DNA of 64,000 nucleotides from Callorhinchus milii (taxonomy: Eukaryota), in the NCBI RefSeq assembly GCF_018977255.1, contig NW_024704742.1, forward strand, positions 130,016,001 through 130,080,000. The letters run 5' to 3'. Shown here one piece after another: positions 12,401 through 27,400 of the stretch; position 1 is the first letter of the stretch, and each line of letters opens with the position of its first letter. A program made the position numbers and the translations under genes. Under the pieces are notes generated by a model, which worked only from the letters and a program-made list of their open reading frames with translations, did not search any database and was not told where the DNA came from.

Positions 12401-15400
12401 GAGCCGTCGCAAAGCACTTCACAGAATGTACTGTAAAGTGGATTGACTGTATATTTTGTGGGTGAAAAATGGCAGCCAATTTCTATTACAATATCTATAT
12501 TGTAGTTATTAAAAAAACTTTAACCCTTAATAATAAGGTTACTTCTAAACCTTTAAGGAAGTGAAGCACTGACTCAATCTCAGGATCAGTAGACAGGTTG
12601 GCTTCATGCGAATCATTAATGAACAGGAAGAGGTTTTTATAGATTCATAGATTCATAGAATGTTACGTCACAGAAGGAGGCCATTCGGCCCATCGAGTCT
12701 GTGCCGGCTCTTTGACAGAGCAAGTCACTTTCACTAACCCCGATCACCAGCTTTCTCCCCATAACCCTGCAAACCCGTCTTCCCCAGATACCTATCCAGT
12801 TCTCTCTTAAAAGCTGTTATCGAATCGGACTTCACTACCCTTTCAGGCAGATCATTCCAAATTCGAACAACTCGCTGAGTGAAAACATTTCTTCTAACCT
12901 CCCCTCTGCTTCTTTTGGTAGATATCTTAAGACTGTGACCACAGGTCACAGACACACCTACCAGCGGAAACAGCTTTTCCTTATCTAGCCTGTTGAAACC
13001 TTTCATGATCTTGAAGACCTCTATCAGGTCCCCGCGTAACCTTCTCTGCTCTAATGGGAAAAGTCCTAACTTCTCCAGCCTGTCCTCATAGCTAAGGTTC
13101 CCCATTCCTGGTATCATTCTCGTGAATCTCCTCTGCACCCTTTCCAGTGCCTTAATGTCCTTCCTGAAGTAAGGTGCCCAGAACTGGACGCAGTACTCCA
13201 GCTGAGGCCTAACCAGTGTTTTGTATAGATTAACCATAACCTCCCTACTCTTATACTCTATGCCCCTACTAATAAAGCTCAGTACACCAAATGCCTTTTT
13301 TACTGCCTTATCTACCTGCCCCGCTACCTTTAATGATTCGCTTACTTGAACACCCAGATCTCTCTGTACGTTCACCCCCTTAAGATTGAGCTACCAAGTC
13401 TATATTGCCTCCTATCATTTTTCCTACCTAAGTGTATCACCTCACACTTATCCACATTGAAATCCATCTGCCACATGTCAGCCCATTCCACCATTCTGTG
13501 TATGTCTGCTTGCAGTTGGTTACAGTCTTCCTCACTATTTACTACCCTACCTAACTTTGTATCATCTGCAAACTTGGAAATAGTGCTCTCTATGCCCAAG
13601 TCCAGATCATTAATATATATTAGAAAGAGCAGTGGTCCCAATACCGATCCCTGAGGGACACCGCTGCACACCTCCTTCCATTTCGAGAAACACCCATTAA
13701 CCACCACCCTCTGCTTTCTGTCACTTAGCCAGTTCTTAATCCAAACTGCCACTGTCCCCTTAATACCGTGGGCCTCTAATTTTTTTATTAATCTTTTATG
13801 TGGTACTGTGTCAAAAGCCTTTTTGAAATCCATGTAAATAACGTCCACCGCATTTCCCTCATCAACCCTCATAGTCAGCTCTTAAAAAAATTCTATTAGA
13901 TTTGTTAGGCAAGATTTGCCTTTAACAAATCCATGTTGGCCGTTTCTAATTACCTCATGTTCCTCTAAGTAGAGATTTATTCTGTCCCGGATTATGGTCT
14001 CCAGTAGTTTTCCTATTACCGAAGTTAGGCTGACTGGTCTGATGCAACAATTAGTAACCTCAATGTTCACTCTCTCTGTAAAGTGGTGCAATTCACTCAG
14101 CGTGAATCTCTAAATACAAGCAGGACATCTATTTGGTGGTTCAATAATACATCACTGTGGTTGGGCTATACTGTTTGTAGCTGTAGGTATGCTGATCTTG
14201 GCACACTCTGAGCTTCCATTATACCTTAGCACCCTTCCACTATGAGTGAATGCACGTCTAAAGTCAGATTCTTTCCAATTTGTTTTCTTCCTTCCTCCCA
14301 CCACTATCTGTAAGGAGAATCTCCAACTGTGTACATCTGATAATGAGCACTATCCAACTCTGTCCAGCAACTGACGACTGAGCTCAAGCTTCTAGTCAGG
14401 AGTGTAACACTACTTGTATTACTATCAAAACCATGACAAGAGTGTAACACTACTTGTATTACTGTCAAAACCATGACACATCAGGTGCTATATAATCAAT
14501 GTAATCAGAGTAAAAGAAAAACAAAAAAAGTACCTCAATGTTTCAACCCATTCGGGTTTTAAAATATAGTGCCTTATCATGTCGTTGAAATGTCTCTAAT
14601 TGGCTAAAATAGACTGGGAAATTAGATTAAAAAATGACAGTAGACCAGCAATGGCAAACGTTTAAAGATATAATACATAATTCCCAGCGATCATATATTC
14701 CCTTGAAAAATAAAAATACCACAGGAAAAGTGGTTCAACCTTGGCTAAATGGAGAAGTTAGGGAAAGTATAAATAATAATAATAATAATAATAATAATGA
14801 AATATACATATAAAATGAAAAGAAGAGGCCTATAATACTGCCAAAAAGAGCAATAAACCTGAGGATTGGGAGGGCTTTAGAGATCAGCAAAGGAAAATCA
14901 AGAAACTGATTAAGAGGGAGAAAATGGAATATGGGGGTAAACTAGCTGAGAACTAAAGACAGATTGTACGAGTTTTTACAAGTTCATAAAGAGGAAGAGA
15001 CTATCAAAAGTGAATGTGGGTTCATTGTAGGCACAGACAGGAGAAATTATAATGGGGAATAAAGAAATGGCAGAGTCATTTCTGGCATTTGTTCTGGCAA
15101 ACAAATATTTTGCTTCTGTCTTCACGATGGAGGACACTGAAAACTTACTGAAAATAGAGGGGAACCTGGAGGCTAATGTTAGTGAGGAACTTAAAGAAAT
15201 GAACATCAGTAAAGCAATAGTACTAGAGAAATTGATAGGATTAAAAACCGATAAATACCCTGGACCTGATGGCCTGCATCCTAGGGTTTTAAAAGAGGCG
15301 GCTGCAGAGGTAGTGGATGCTTTGCTTTTGATCTTCCAAAATTTCCTGGATTCTGGAACGGTTCCCATTGATTGGAAGATCGCAAACGTAACGTCGATAT

Positions 15401-18400
15401 TTAAGAAGGGTGGGAGACAAAAAATGGGGAACTATAGACCAGTTAGTCTGACATCAGTGGTAGGGAAAATTCTAGAGTTTTTAATTAGGGACATCGTTGT
15501 GGGGTTACTTAGAAAATCATAACATGATTAGGCAGAGTCAACATGGCTTTATGAAAGGGAAATCATGTTGAACAAATCCACCCATCCCAAAGTGTGCCTT
15601 GAACCATAAAAACAGTGAAAACAGTACATTTACTTGCATTTTTCTCCCTCCAAACCAGAAGCCATTCATTCATATTTGTGCTCATGGATCATCTTTTCAG
15701 GCCATTTCTCCTACCTTGGACTGTCCAGCCATTTCAACTCCAGCCTCCAGAAATTCATTGAAGTCTTCACCAAATTTCCCTGAAGCCTTTGCCAGATCCT
15801 GTGTAGTTCCACGCGAGGCCTGTACCAGCTCATTGGCAGATTGGTTCAAGCCAGCAGCAGCTTGGTTCAGGTGGCTCTGCGCCTCCTGGAAGTTCCTGGA
15901 ACCTGGAGGGAACTAAATAAAACATTGAGGGAAAAGCGGTTATTACAGGATCAAAATCTTCAGAACTTACAAAACAATACGCCCCCACTTCAACATTAAC
16001 AGCCTGGAACATAAGAAATGCTAGACGAAAAAACAGACCAAAGTCCATCTAGTTCGCCTTCCACCTACCTGGGGGTTGCATGCACATATGTCCCAAACTA
16101 CCTATGTAGTATATCCCGTAATGTTATTTCCTGGAAGAAAACTATCTAAGCTTCTTTTAAGCACTACAGAAAAAACGTTCTCAAAGCTAAGGCTGAATTC
16201 AATAATTTGGCAAGTTCTGGGCACTCTCTAAAATGCTACATAAACTGTATACAGGTGGAATATCACGTCCAAACGTGTGGTAACTGACATTTCCTGGTTA
16301 CCAGTTATGGCTTTCCTGCCTTCACTTCAATTTCAGATTTTTCAGCATCTGTTTCTGGTCTGTTCATTAAACCTGACCAGCAATGCCCTCTGCCCCGCGA
16401 GACATGGAGGTGGCCAATTTGTCAACTGAACCAAACCGGCGGTGAGTAAATCCAAGCGATTGCTCTGACTGCATTTAGAACTTCTGTTTACAAAGATTCA
16501 GAACATCCACTTGCACAAATGTAAGATGATAACCTTTGCATCAGATACTGTGCAATACGACATTGTCAAAACATCAATGTGTTTCATAGGATTTACTGAA
16601 GTGTCGTGACTGCACGGATTTTGCAGGCAAACAAAGCAGGTAATTTATGCACAGCAATGTACCATAATCAGCGATGAAGTGAATGACCAATTTTATCTAG
16701 GAGATTGTTAGACACTGGGAGAAGGAACTCCTTTCTGTTTTCGAAGGTGCCGCAGGAAATTTCACGTCATCTCACGAGGCAGATATTGGATACTGAGCGC
16801 TGAGAGGGCTGGCTTGAGAAACAGACGACCACTTACAGAATTTGCAAGCAGTCTTTTGCTAGCCTCCCCAACAGTTCGTAAAGCTGCGTCCACATCTCTC
16901 TGGCCTGGCAAGCAGTTCACGCATCTGTTCAGAGAGGTTGACATGGCCTTAGCCACCTGTGGAGGGGAAAACAAAATATCAAAGTCAGCAAAATCAGTTC
17001 AGTTCATTACGGATCATTTCAGACACAATTACAACCACATCAGCAACAGTAAATTTCATTTATATAGCACCTTTCACGTCGAGAGGGCATCCCAATGCGG
17101 TGAGGCTTGCATTTACAACGTTTCAGAATTTACGTGGCTTTGGAATGAGTCTGAATTACAGGAAAGATTTCAATGCAACCACAGAAGCTTTCAAAGCCTT
17201 TGGAGCCAGGCTGCATTTGTTTAAACTTGCACGACAGCACATTTGGGAGTGTCCCGGGATGTGACACCCACCAGCCTGCAGCAGGTGTGTTACCTCAGCA
17301 GGCTCTCCAGTTACAGGCTGAGAGCAACCAGTTCCTCTCCACAGTCATAGGGTGGGTGAGACAACAACTTGCAATTATTCAGTGTCCTTCACACTGGTGG
17401 TTTCCCAGGGATGCCAGTAGCCAGTCATTTCTCTCATAGACGTTTCAAATCAGATCATCCACATATTTGAAAATTGTTCCCCGCTTCAAATGCTCAAAGA
17501 GCCTTGATCTTTAAGCGAGTCAGAGGTATTAACTTGGTTTAAGTTGTACAGAATTATAACCCAACTAAAAGCTCTTCGAAGTACTAGATGGCTTACAATT
17601 CATTCTCCAGACAGAGTTCCTGATTCAGGCTGATCCAAGAACAACACTACTCATTTCTCCCCTTCCCAGCTATTCCAGCTCTGCTGCTCACCACATCCTA
17701 CACAATGTACTGGTGAACTTCATATGAACAGCACAAGATGGAAATGGGATGCCAAACAAGGATGAATATTGCCTTTACCACATTAAAACCTTAACGCAAA
17801 GTATATATTCTTTTTGCCAACACTTTCCCAACAGTGCTGTGCTTTGTAGTGGGATTCAGATTCGGAATCAAATGGCCTCATCAAGACAGATCCAGCTGCA
17901 ATCCAGACTTCAGACTAAAATGCTTTGGGAATTAGTTCTACAGTTATTGGGATCTGATTACATTGGGTGCCTTTAAAATTAACTTCTAAGCCATTGTATA
18001 CATGAACATTGTAGTATATACCGCTTTGTCCCAGGACAGAATCCACTAAGTTCTATAGGATGATGAACCAGTCAAGTGTATCAGGGTTAATGTGCTTTTG
18101 GCTGGTTAGACTCCAGCAGTACCCCACAAACCTTGGGAGTCCCCAAGGTGTCCCCAAGCTTTGACTCTTGCCAGCTTGTGCTCAATACGGTCCAGAATTA
18201 GGTAGGCAGTGTGCTTCCCTCCAGGGAAAGAGTATGCATTCAATTCCAGACACAAAAATGTCCATATGTAGGACATTTACATATAAGAACATAAGAAATG
18301 CGGGATGAGAAAAGACCAAGGTCCATCTAGTTCGCCTTCCGGCTTCCTGGCTGTCGCATGAACATATGTCCCGAACTATTATGTACTGTAACCCATAATG

Positions 18401-21400
18401 TTATTTCCTAAAAGAAAACTATCTAATCTGTGTTTGAAAGAATCCATATTCATATTTACATGGAACTTTCAATCTGGTTTCAGCTCTGAAGTATGGTGGA
18501 GGGTTACTGCACTTGTTAGACACCTGGCTGACCAAAAAATAAATAGCTTTTATGTATTACAATCAGATCAGGACACCTTGCACCAGATGAGACTTTTATT
18601 ACATAAAATGAAATATACACTGCCATTTGGGATACATTATTTGGTTGTTTTGACTCAAATCTAAAGGGATGAAGTGGCCAACAATGACATCTTGCCCGAA
18701 GTGAAGCTCCTGCTGTTTCTGTGCAGCTGAACAGCTTCCCCGATAACAAAGCAAACAAAAGCTTCACCTATTTCCTGACGCATACAAACAGAAGCATCAC
18801 TCTGCCTGCACAGGCACACATGACCAGAGTGTGCTCTATAAAACTGTTATGGGACTTTAAGGGGTTCAGAAAGTCAGGCACTTTAGCAGCATCAGACAGT
18901 CACATTAAAGGGAAACATGACTTTTGGGGAAGAATGCAGAACTTTGTTAGCAAATTTTGGACTGTCATCTACTAGACGAGGTCATTAACGCTACATAATG
19001 GAACACTCTCACTTTGCCCAAACTAGCAGCTGAAGCATTATAAAGAAGATCTCAGTCAGGTTCAGCTTTGCTCAGTTGTTATCATTCTTGCCTCAAGTCA
19101 GGACCTGAGTTCACAGTCTCGGCTGCCAGTCCAGTGCTGGGGAGCACTATCGTTGGATGTATCATTCATTCCAATGAAACGTTATAATAATAATAATAAT
19201 CCTTGCATGTGATATAACGCTTTTCACATCGGGAGGACGTCCCAAAACGCTTCACAGAACACACTGTAAAGTGAATTGACTGTATATTTGTGGGCAATTG
19301 CGCACAGCAATGTCCCACAAACAGTCGTAGATTAAAAATGACCAATTTATTATTGTTTTTGGTTTTGGAGGGATTATTATTAGGCGTGTGGAGTAAGGAA
19401 ACTTGCCCAAGGTTTCGCCCTGCCTGGAATTGAACTCAGGTCTCTCACTTGCAAAGCGAGTGCTCTAACCACTGAGCTACAGGACTCCATAGTCGTTAAA
19501 CAGTGGTCCTGTTTGTCTGCTCTTCCAGACTCTAAAGATCCCATAGCAATTAAATAATAATTCTTGCATTTCACAGAGTGCCATATGTCAAAATATCTCA
19601 AGGCGCTACTGTAAAGTGTAGTGACTGTTTATAGGCAAAGGCAACAGCCGATTCCACACACAGCAATGTCTCACAGCCACAAAGTTGAAAAACCAACTTT
19701 TTTATCTGGGGAATTGTTGGCCATGACATAGGGAGAAACTCCCTTCTCTTTTCAAATAGTGCCATGGGATGTTTAACGTTCGCTTTAACAGGCACTCAGG
19801 ACCTCAGTTTAATGTCTGATTCAAAGGACGGAACTTCAGAGCACAGAGTACTCCTCCAGCACTGCACTGAAGACTATGCGAGGGAGAGGGGGGTGAAGAA
19901 CAAGATGAAAGACCAATATGCTTGAACAGACCAACCTGTGCCAGTCGTTGCTGGTTTTCTGGGTCACCAGGCTTAGCCATAGCTTTCCTGGCCTCTTCAA
20001 TCAGATTGCTCGATTTATCCATAAGGTCACTCGCAGACTCCAGCATTGCGTTGCGAGCCTGGGGATCAGTAGTGTTGGCTGCAACGCCCCGGGCAGCCGA
20101 GCTCAGAGCTTTTAAGGCTTGAGCCACTTCTCTGGCAGCCAACCCTGAGAGAGAAACACAGCGAATCAGAATACATTCTCACTCTTTATTATTTTAATCT
20201 TATAGTTAATTGCTCTCAAAACATCCAGACACCTTAATTAAGAGGAGGAATAGGCAACTCTTGAAATTGCGCACTTTCTACATACAGAAATCACTGCCCC
20301 CCCCACCCCCATCCCCTTTGATAAATATCCAGCAACTTTATATGGTTCATGAAGTCATTCTATTGTAATGTTGCCTCTCTTTAACAACAACATGCATTTT
20401 ACACAGCGGCTTTCACGTGGGGCAGCGTTTCGGAGTGTTTTAAGCAGCTTCTATAGTCTTGGCCCCGATTGTCTTCCAATAGGAAGTTTGGTCACTGCTG
20501 GCAAGTGCTTTGTAATATGGTGCGTAGAATCATAGATATTTCATCCTTTTTTTTATAAAAAAGGCCTCTCCTGATGGGATGGTTCTGGCAGAAACACAGA
20601 AATTTAGTAAAATGTAATTGGCCATTTAGCTCATTGATCCTGCTCCACTACAGCTAATTCCACAGCACTATGACCTCCCCTAATCCACGCCACTGACAGA
20701 TTCCCAAGACTCCCTTTCACTCAGACTGAGAGAGCCTGGACAGTGAGGATCAGAAGCTAATTCAATGACAAGTGACATTAAATTCAACTCTGGGCTCATA
20801 TGATGTCTATAACAAAAGCAACAGGGGAAAGGTTTGGAAATAACGTTAATTTTTTCTCCTCCACTCTCCCTAGCCTAGTGAATTTCATTTCTAGTCTCTT
20901 CTCTTCCCTCTCCCATGCTTTTCCCTATTGACTGATGCTCTCCAATTTAGACATATCTGATGCTTAATCCCAGATCTGTCCAAGTTTCTCAGTAGTAGCC
21001 AGTATCACAAACTATCCAGTTCATTTAACCGCTGAGCTTCTGGAGAAACTGTTTTTCTCTATAAACTGAACATTGACAAGAGGACTTTGAGATACATCTC
21101 TCGATTTGTAAAAGGAACAGGTAGAGACGCATCATCAAATCCTATCGACAGTTATGGTTAGAGCTTTAATTTTTTTTAAGCTTAAAAATTATCCATTTCA
21201 ACAAAACAGTAAGTCGAGACGTATTTAAAAACAGGGACAAGAGGTTAGCTCCCATATGTACACTGGGAGGAAAAAAAATAAACTGTGCGCACCTGATAAT
21301 GAGCACCAAGAAACAGCCTACAACAGGATGAGACAGAAATGGCGTCATTAAATTCAGTCGCCTAACAAAACACAGGCAGGCTTCGTCCGGTTTACAAACA

Positions 21401-24400
21401 GCAAGCAAAGCACTCGAGGGACTTCCTGATATTGTTAGACCAGGGCAACACCACACTCTCACATCAGTGACTGCCATCATTCATTACACTGAGTTTGCTG
21501 CACATCTGTTTGCGTTTGAGGATGCACCAGAACGAAGAGGTCACACACTCAGTATTTGTTCTCAGGACCGTCAGTGCCAATAAAAACCCCACGCTTCACA
21601 CAGTGGGCAAGAAACAAATCCTTAGAAAGGAAGTTAAAATAGCCAATGTGACATGCTTTCAGACTTCCTCTGGTAAATAGAAATACAGGATATCCTTTAC
21701 CCTAAAAACCTCTTTAAAAATCAGGTTAAAAACTAACATTTGCTAAACAGATTGAAGTAGAAAATCCTTGACCAAGTGTCTTGGGGTAAGATAGACCAAA
21801 AATCAATACATTATGAGCACAAGGTCAGCAATGCTTGTAATAATAAAAATAATATTAATCCTTGCATTCGATATAGAGCCTGTCATGGAGGCAGCTCAAA
21901 GCAATTCACAGGATATACTGTGAAGTATAGAGATAGAGTGTATTTTTGTAGGCTAACACGGCAGCCAATTTGTGCACAGCAATATCCCACAACCAGTCAT
22001 GAAGTGGTCACTGTTATAATAACCACAACAATGTGAAATCAATCACATTGGTGAAAAAAGGATAATGATAGACCTTGCATTTGATACAGTGCCTTATCAT
22101 ATCTTCGAGACGTCTCAAGGGCTTCACAGAATAAACTGTAAATTGAATTGATTGTATATTTTGTGGGCAAAACGAAAAGGATGCCCATATACCTTACGTT
22201 TTTTAATCCCAATTTTTCACCAATGATAACAGGTTAAAAACCACAGGTGCTGGTAGGTAGTGAGGTGGAGCCCTGGACTCATGTGAAACTCACTTTATTA
22301 GTGAAGTGAACTTCTTCACTCATAAAGCTGCGCTTACCATTACCAGCACAAGGTGGCATGAGTGAACCCAGAAAGTTGTGTTGTCGCTAAAATTAAAAAC
22401 TCTTGTTTACAGTCAGCTGAGCAATAACGTCTGCTTCAAACTATTTTGTTGCGGGATTTGGGCTCCTGCATTGCATTCTGCACTCTTGGGAAATAATAAT
22501 AATAATCCTTGCATTTGATATAGCGCTTTCCACGTCTTCTCGACGTCTCAAAGTGCTTCACAGAATGGACTGCAAAGTGAATTGACCGTATATTTGTGGG
22601 CGAAACGCAGCAGCCAATTACGCACAGCAGTGTCCCACAAACAGTCGTGAATTGAAAATGACCAATTTTTTTTTTTGGAGGGATTATTATTAGGCATGTG
22701 TAGTAAGGAAACTTGCCCAAGGTTTTGCCCTGCCTGGAATTGAACTGAGGTCTCTCGCTTGCAAGGCGAGCGCTCTAACCACTGAGATACAGGACTCCAC
22801 ATTTGGAGTGAGGCATTTGGAAATCAGAAGCATAGCACATTGGTGTAGCAATCCAATGCCAGAGCTAGGCCGCATATCTGCATATCTGCAACATCAATCT
22901 GATGTCCAGGGGCCTGATTCACATGTAGCTCAAAACAGACAACGTATTATACCAACATACTTCAGAGTTCATATAAGGCTTTAAACCTACTTTGGATTAT
23001 TTTCACTATTATTCACTGCATGGCGTGCTAGTGGAAGAATCGGCCAAGCAACAACTAATATTTCTCCACTGGGAATCAGGTGGGGGTGAGGAAAAAAATG
23101 ATACACATTTAGTGCAGACAACTCTCACACATCGCAAGGAAATGACCTCAAACAAAACAGCAACAATTTGCACCTATATCGAATCTTTCACTTGGCGAGA
23201 ACATCGAAGGAAAAGTCTGAGTGGGAGCCCAGCCAGCAGGGAGTTAGGGGGAAGGTGGCCGAAATCACAGTCAAAAGAAATAGGTTTGTAAGTGGGTTTT
23301 GAAAGCAGAGGGAGCGAAGTAAAGGGAGAGAGTGGGGGCAAAGTAATTGAAAGCTCACCCACTATGGATGGAGTGGAGCAGGCAGGGAATAGCAAGCAGG
23401 CCTGAGTTGGTGGGGCAGAGGGAGTAAGAAGTAGAGCTGGATTGTAAGAGATCTCAGAGATACGGTGGGGCTGGGCGGTGAGGCATTTGGAAACAAGGAA
23501 CAAGATTTTGGAGTCTTGTGGTTAAGGAAATGGGCTTGCGGAGCTTGCTGATAGAGAGAGAGAATGTGGCTGCAGAGGTCTGAGGCCAGCAAGCAGAGAA
23601 CTAGAGACTTGGATAAGGGTTTTGGCTGCATTGGGGATGGGGAGGGAAGGGAGTGGGGGGGGTGGGGTGGCGGAGACTAAGGTTGTGACAGAGGCAGGTA
23701 ATGGTCCCTGGTCCGATTATTCCTCGCACGCCCTTGTCTGTCTCTCTCTTGCTGCTACTTGTGGAGTCCTGTGGCTCAGTGGTTAGAGCACTCGCTTTGC
23801 AAGTGAGAGACCTGAGTTCAATTCCAGGCAGGGCGAAACCTTGGGCAAGTTTCCTTACTCCACACAGAGCCTAATAATAATCCCTCCAAAACCCAAAACA
23901 ATAATAAATTGGTCATTTTCAATCTACGACTGTTTGTGGGACATTGCTGTGCGTTTGCCCACAAATATACAGTCAATTCACTTTACAGTGTACTCTGTGA
24001 AGCGCTTTGGGACGTCCTCCCGACGTGAAAAGCGCTATATATATGGTGGAGTCCTGTAGCTCAGTGGTTAGAGCACTCGCTTTGCAAGCGAGAGACCTGA
24101 GTTCAATTCCAGGCAGGACGAAACCTTGGGCAAGTTTCCTTACTCCATACAGAGCCTAATAATAATCCCTCCAAAACCAAAAACAATAATAAATTGGTCA
24201 TTTTCATTCTACGACTGTTTGTGGGACATTGCTGTGCGCAATTGGCTGCCGCGTTCGCCCACAAATATACAGTCAATTCACTTTACAGTGTGTTCTGTGA
24301 AGCGCTTTGGGATGTCCTCCTGACATGAAAAGCGCTATATCAAATGCAAGGATTATTATTATTATTATTATATCAAATGCAAGGATTATTATTATAAAGC

Positions 24401-27400
24401 AGATTTGGTCAGAGACCAGAAAGGCGAACTGAGGGTCAAAAATAAACAGTGCGGTATCTGGGAACAAATCTAAACAGATTGGGGAAGAGAAATATTTTAA
24501 GAAATCAAGGGAATTATAAAAATAGAAAAATCTCCTCTTCAAGGTGACATCTGGAAAGTGACTTTACTACAGCATCCATGGCAATAATTTGACCTCTGGC
24601 ACACATCTCATTAACTGAGTTATGTTGACAGCTATTATAATCTATTTCACCACATAACAAGTCTAACGCACCTGTGTAATTCTCATTTCCTTGTGTGACC
24701 GCACTCAGCAGCTGAGCAACGGAGGCACCGACCATCTTGGCACTACTTCCCAAGTCCTGGGAACACTTTTCCAGCTGTCAAAAGAAAGCATAGAAAATGA
24801 GCATTTTCCCCTCCCAAGCCTGCAGCTGTGCAATCAGGAATAAGATAACCCCCTCATTGGTACCTGTGCCATGATTCGCGTACCTACGCCACATTATAAC
24901 GCAATATCCTTCACCGTGTTATGGTAATATAGAATAAAATGGAATCAAGAAATTCACTGTCATTTTAAACAAGCAGCATATCATTCCCATTTATCTTCCC
25001 CCCACCAATCTAAACACTCTTGTAGGTTTCTTAAAATTCAGCCAGATGTTAATCTGCTGTTTACATTATAGCAGGCAGGCATTTGAACCTTCACATTTAA
25101 ATTTGTGCTTTGCTCCCCCCATGTCCTAGCCACTCTGCATTAAGAAAACTCATTCCTCCTAACCTCTCCATTTGCTTGTTTAAACTATAAAGAGGTCAGA
25201 TTAAAATGCTTGCAGCTGGGCAACATTTTCTTCAGAACAGCTGATGCTGATTTTCCATCACCTGGAAAGCACTGCATTCCAGCTCCATAGATTAGTATTA
25301 GAAACCTGGTGCTGGCACCAAAAAAGATGGTGTTTTTGTTTTAATATTTACTTCATTCAACATGGGGTACAAGCAACATCAAAGCACCGTGTTCTGAATG
25401 AATGGAGAGCACTGACAGGTCGTTTCTGTTTGTGCTCCATTTAAGATGAATCCCCCTCAGTTGGTCCAGTGCAATCTCCGAATAAGATAACCTCTAGTTT
25501 AGATATGATGGATATTTATTCATTTGTGTCTTACCGTTTCCCCTGGCAGTGGTCGGAGTTTTCCTTCTGCTGCAGATGCTTTTGCTTCCTGTAAATCTTT
25601 CTCCATTGTCCTGATCTGGCTCAGGGCAGAGTCCATTGCCAATGGACCACAAGCTTCCTGGGCCTGTATATGGAAAACAGTGGAATGTTATTAGGAATAT
25701 AGGAATAGCTGGACGAAAAAAGACCAAGGTCTAACTAGGTCATCTTCTACCATCCTGGTAGTCACGTATTACAATAATAATGTAGACAACAACAACAACA
25801 AGATTACATTTGTATAGCGCCTTTCACGTCGGGAGGACGTCCCAAGATTATTCATAATAATAATATTCATAATTATTCATAAGAATAATAGACGATTATT
25901 CATGGCAATCAATCTCTATCGATTAGTCTACTTCAGAAGCAGGCATGAGACGAGGAAAACCCACCAGTGGTGAAAAGCTTTGGGAACCACAGATTTAACG
26001 AGGAATCTGTGAAACTCCCTCTCTACCCCTCCACCTCGTTATCCGTCTTTTATTCTTCCCTAAAAATCTCTCTTCAGCACCATCTGTGATCACCAACCCT
26101 TCTCTCCCAGGCTTTAATTGTATAAAGTTACAACCGCACAGGACAAACATCACATAGCGAACACTCATACTCAGTGTCAACTCCAATTGCAAATCATTCT
26201 AACTTGCCTTCTGTGCAGCCGCTCGCAGTTCTTGTAAGGTGTTGGCCAGGTTCTTAGCGCACTGGCTTAGCTGCATGGCCGAGGCCTGCTCTCCCACAGT
26301 GGGAATTGTAGCTCTGGCAGCAGCAACCATCTTAGCACCAGGCTACAAACAAACAAACAGTCAATAATAATAATTTTTCAAAGCACTTCCCAGAATATTC
26401 TGTATATTTTGTGGGCGAAACGCGGCAGCCAAATGCACACAGCAGTGTCCCACAAACAGTCATGGATTGAGTGACCAGATTCTTATATATATTTTTTAAA
26501 GGGGATTATTACCCCTGGAAAAGCGATCCACCAAAAGACTAGAAGCTGGGTTCCTATTTACTGGTATGTAAACAGAGGTGTGTGGAGTAAGGAAACTTGC
26601 CTAAGGTTTCGCCCTGCCCGGGAATCGAACCTGGATCCTCTCGCTTGCGAGGCGCGTGCTCTAACCAATACGCTACTGGACTCCACAAGAATGCTTCAGG
26701 CATACTATGCGATAGGTTCCATGCACTCTCTTACTGAGAAAACTATGAATGTGGATAAATCATCATTGCGACTATCAATTTCTTTCGGTTTTGTGCTCAA
26801 ACTTTTTGTAAAAAAGAATTGTGAAATTAGAAAAATTAAAAAAATGAATAGTTGATATCTGACAAAAAAACACCAGAAAAATTAAAAACTTATTTTTCCC
26901 AACCCCCATGTGTGGTGCATGGACAAGATGCATGCACCACACTTGAGCTGTTCATCATGTGTACAGAGCAATGGACTAGGCTGTTCAGCTGTGTGGTGTA
27001 TAGAGCGGGCGACCAGGTGGGATTGTAGACCTGGCGAGTGTGTACCTGCAGGAAGTTCTGGCTCGCACTTATGAGTGCCAACTGGGCGCTGGGACTGTCG
27101 GGCTGGGATTGGCTGCCCCGTACACCTTGGACCAGCAGTGGAATCTGTTCAGCAACAACCTGCAAACACAAGAAGAAGCGTCCTGAAGCCTAACCCCAGA
27201 CCTAAACGTTCCACGACCTTGTATCCATGCAGGATAGAACTTTGAGTAGCGCTTAAAAAAAAATTTGGGGTGATGGGAGGAGCAGAAAGAGAAGATTATG
27301 AACACCCAATGTTCCAGAAACAACCGTTTCATGACAAGTATAAATTTAAGGTATTGAGGGTTACAAGAGGTGTAGTTCGGGATTACATCTGTTCATATTT

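Noticed and set aside
12639..15578. Twin-priming 5' inversion of a single CR1 (minus 3' part plus plus-strand 5' part)
   Set aside because: The geometry fits, but the overlapping RPVSLTS region differs heavily at nucleotide level and about 550 bp separate the parts, so these are two different insertions.
23761..23832. tRNA-Ala gene (A/B boxes, TGC anticodon)
   Set aside because: It is the head of a multi-copy SINE, always followed by the Deu core and L2-type tail, and lacks a proper acceptor stem.
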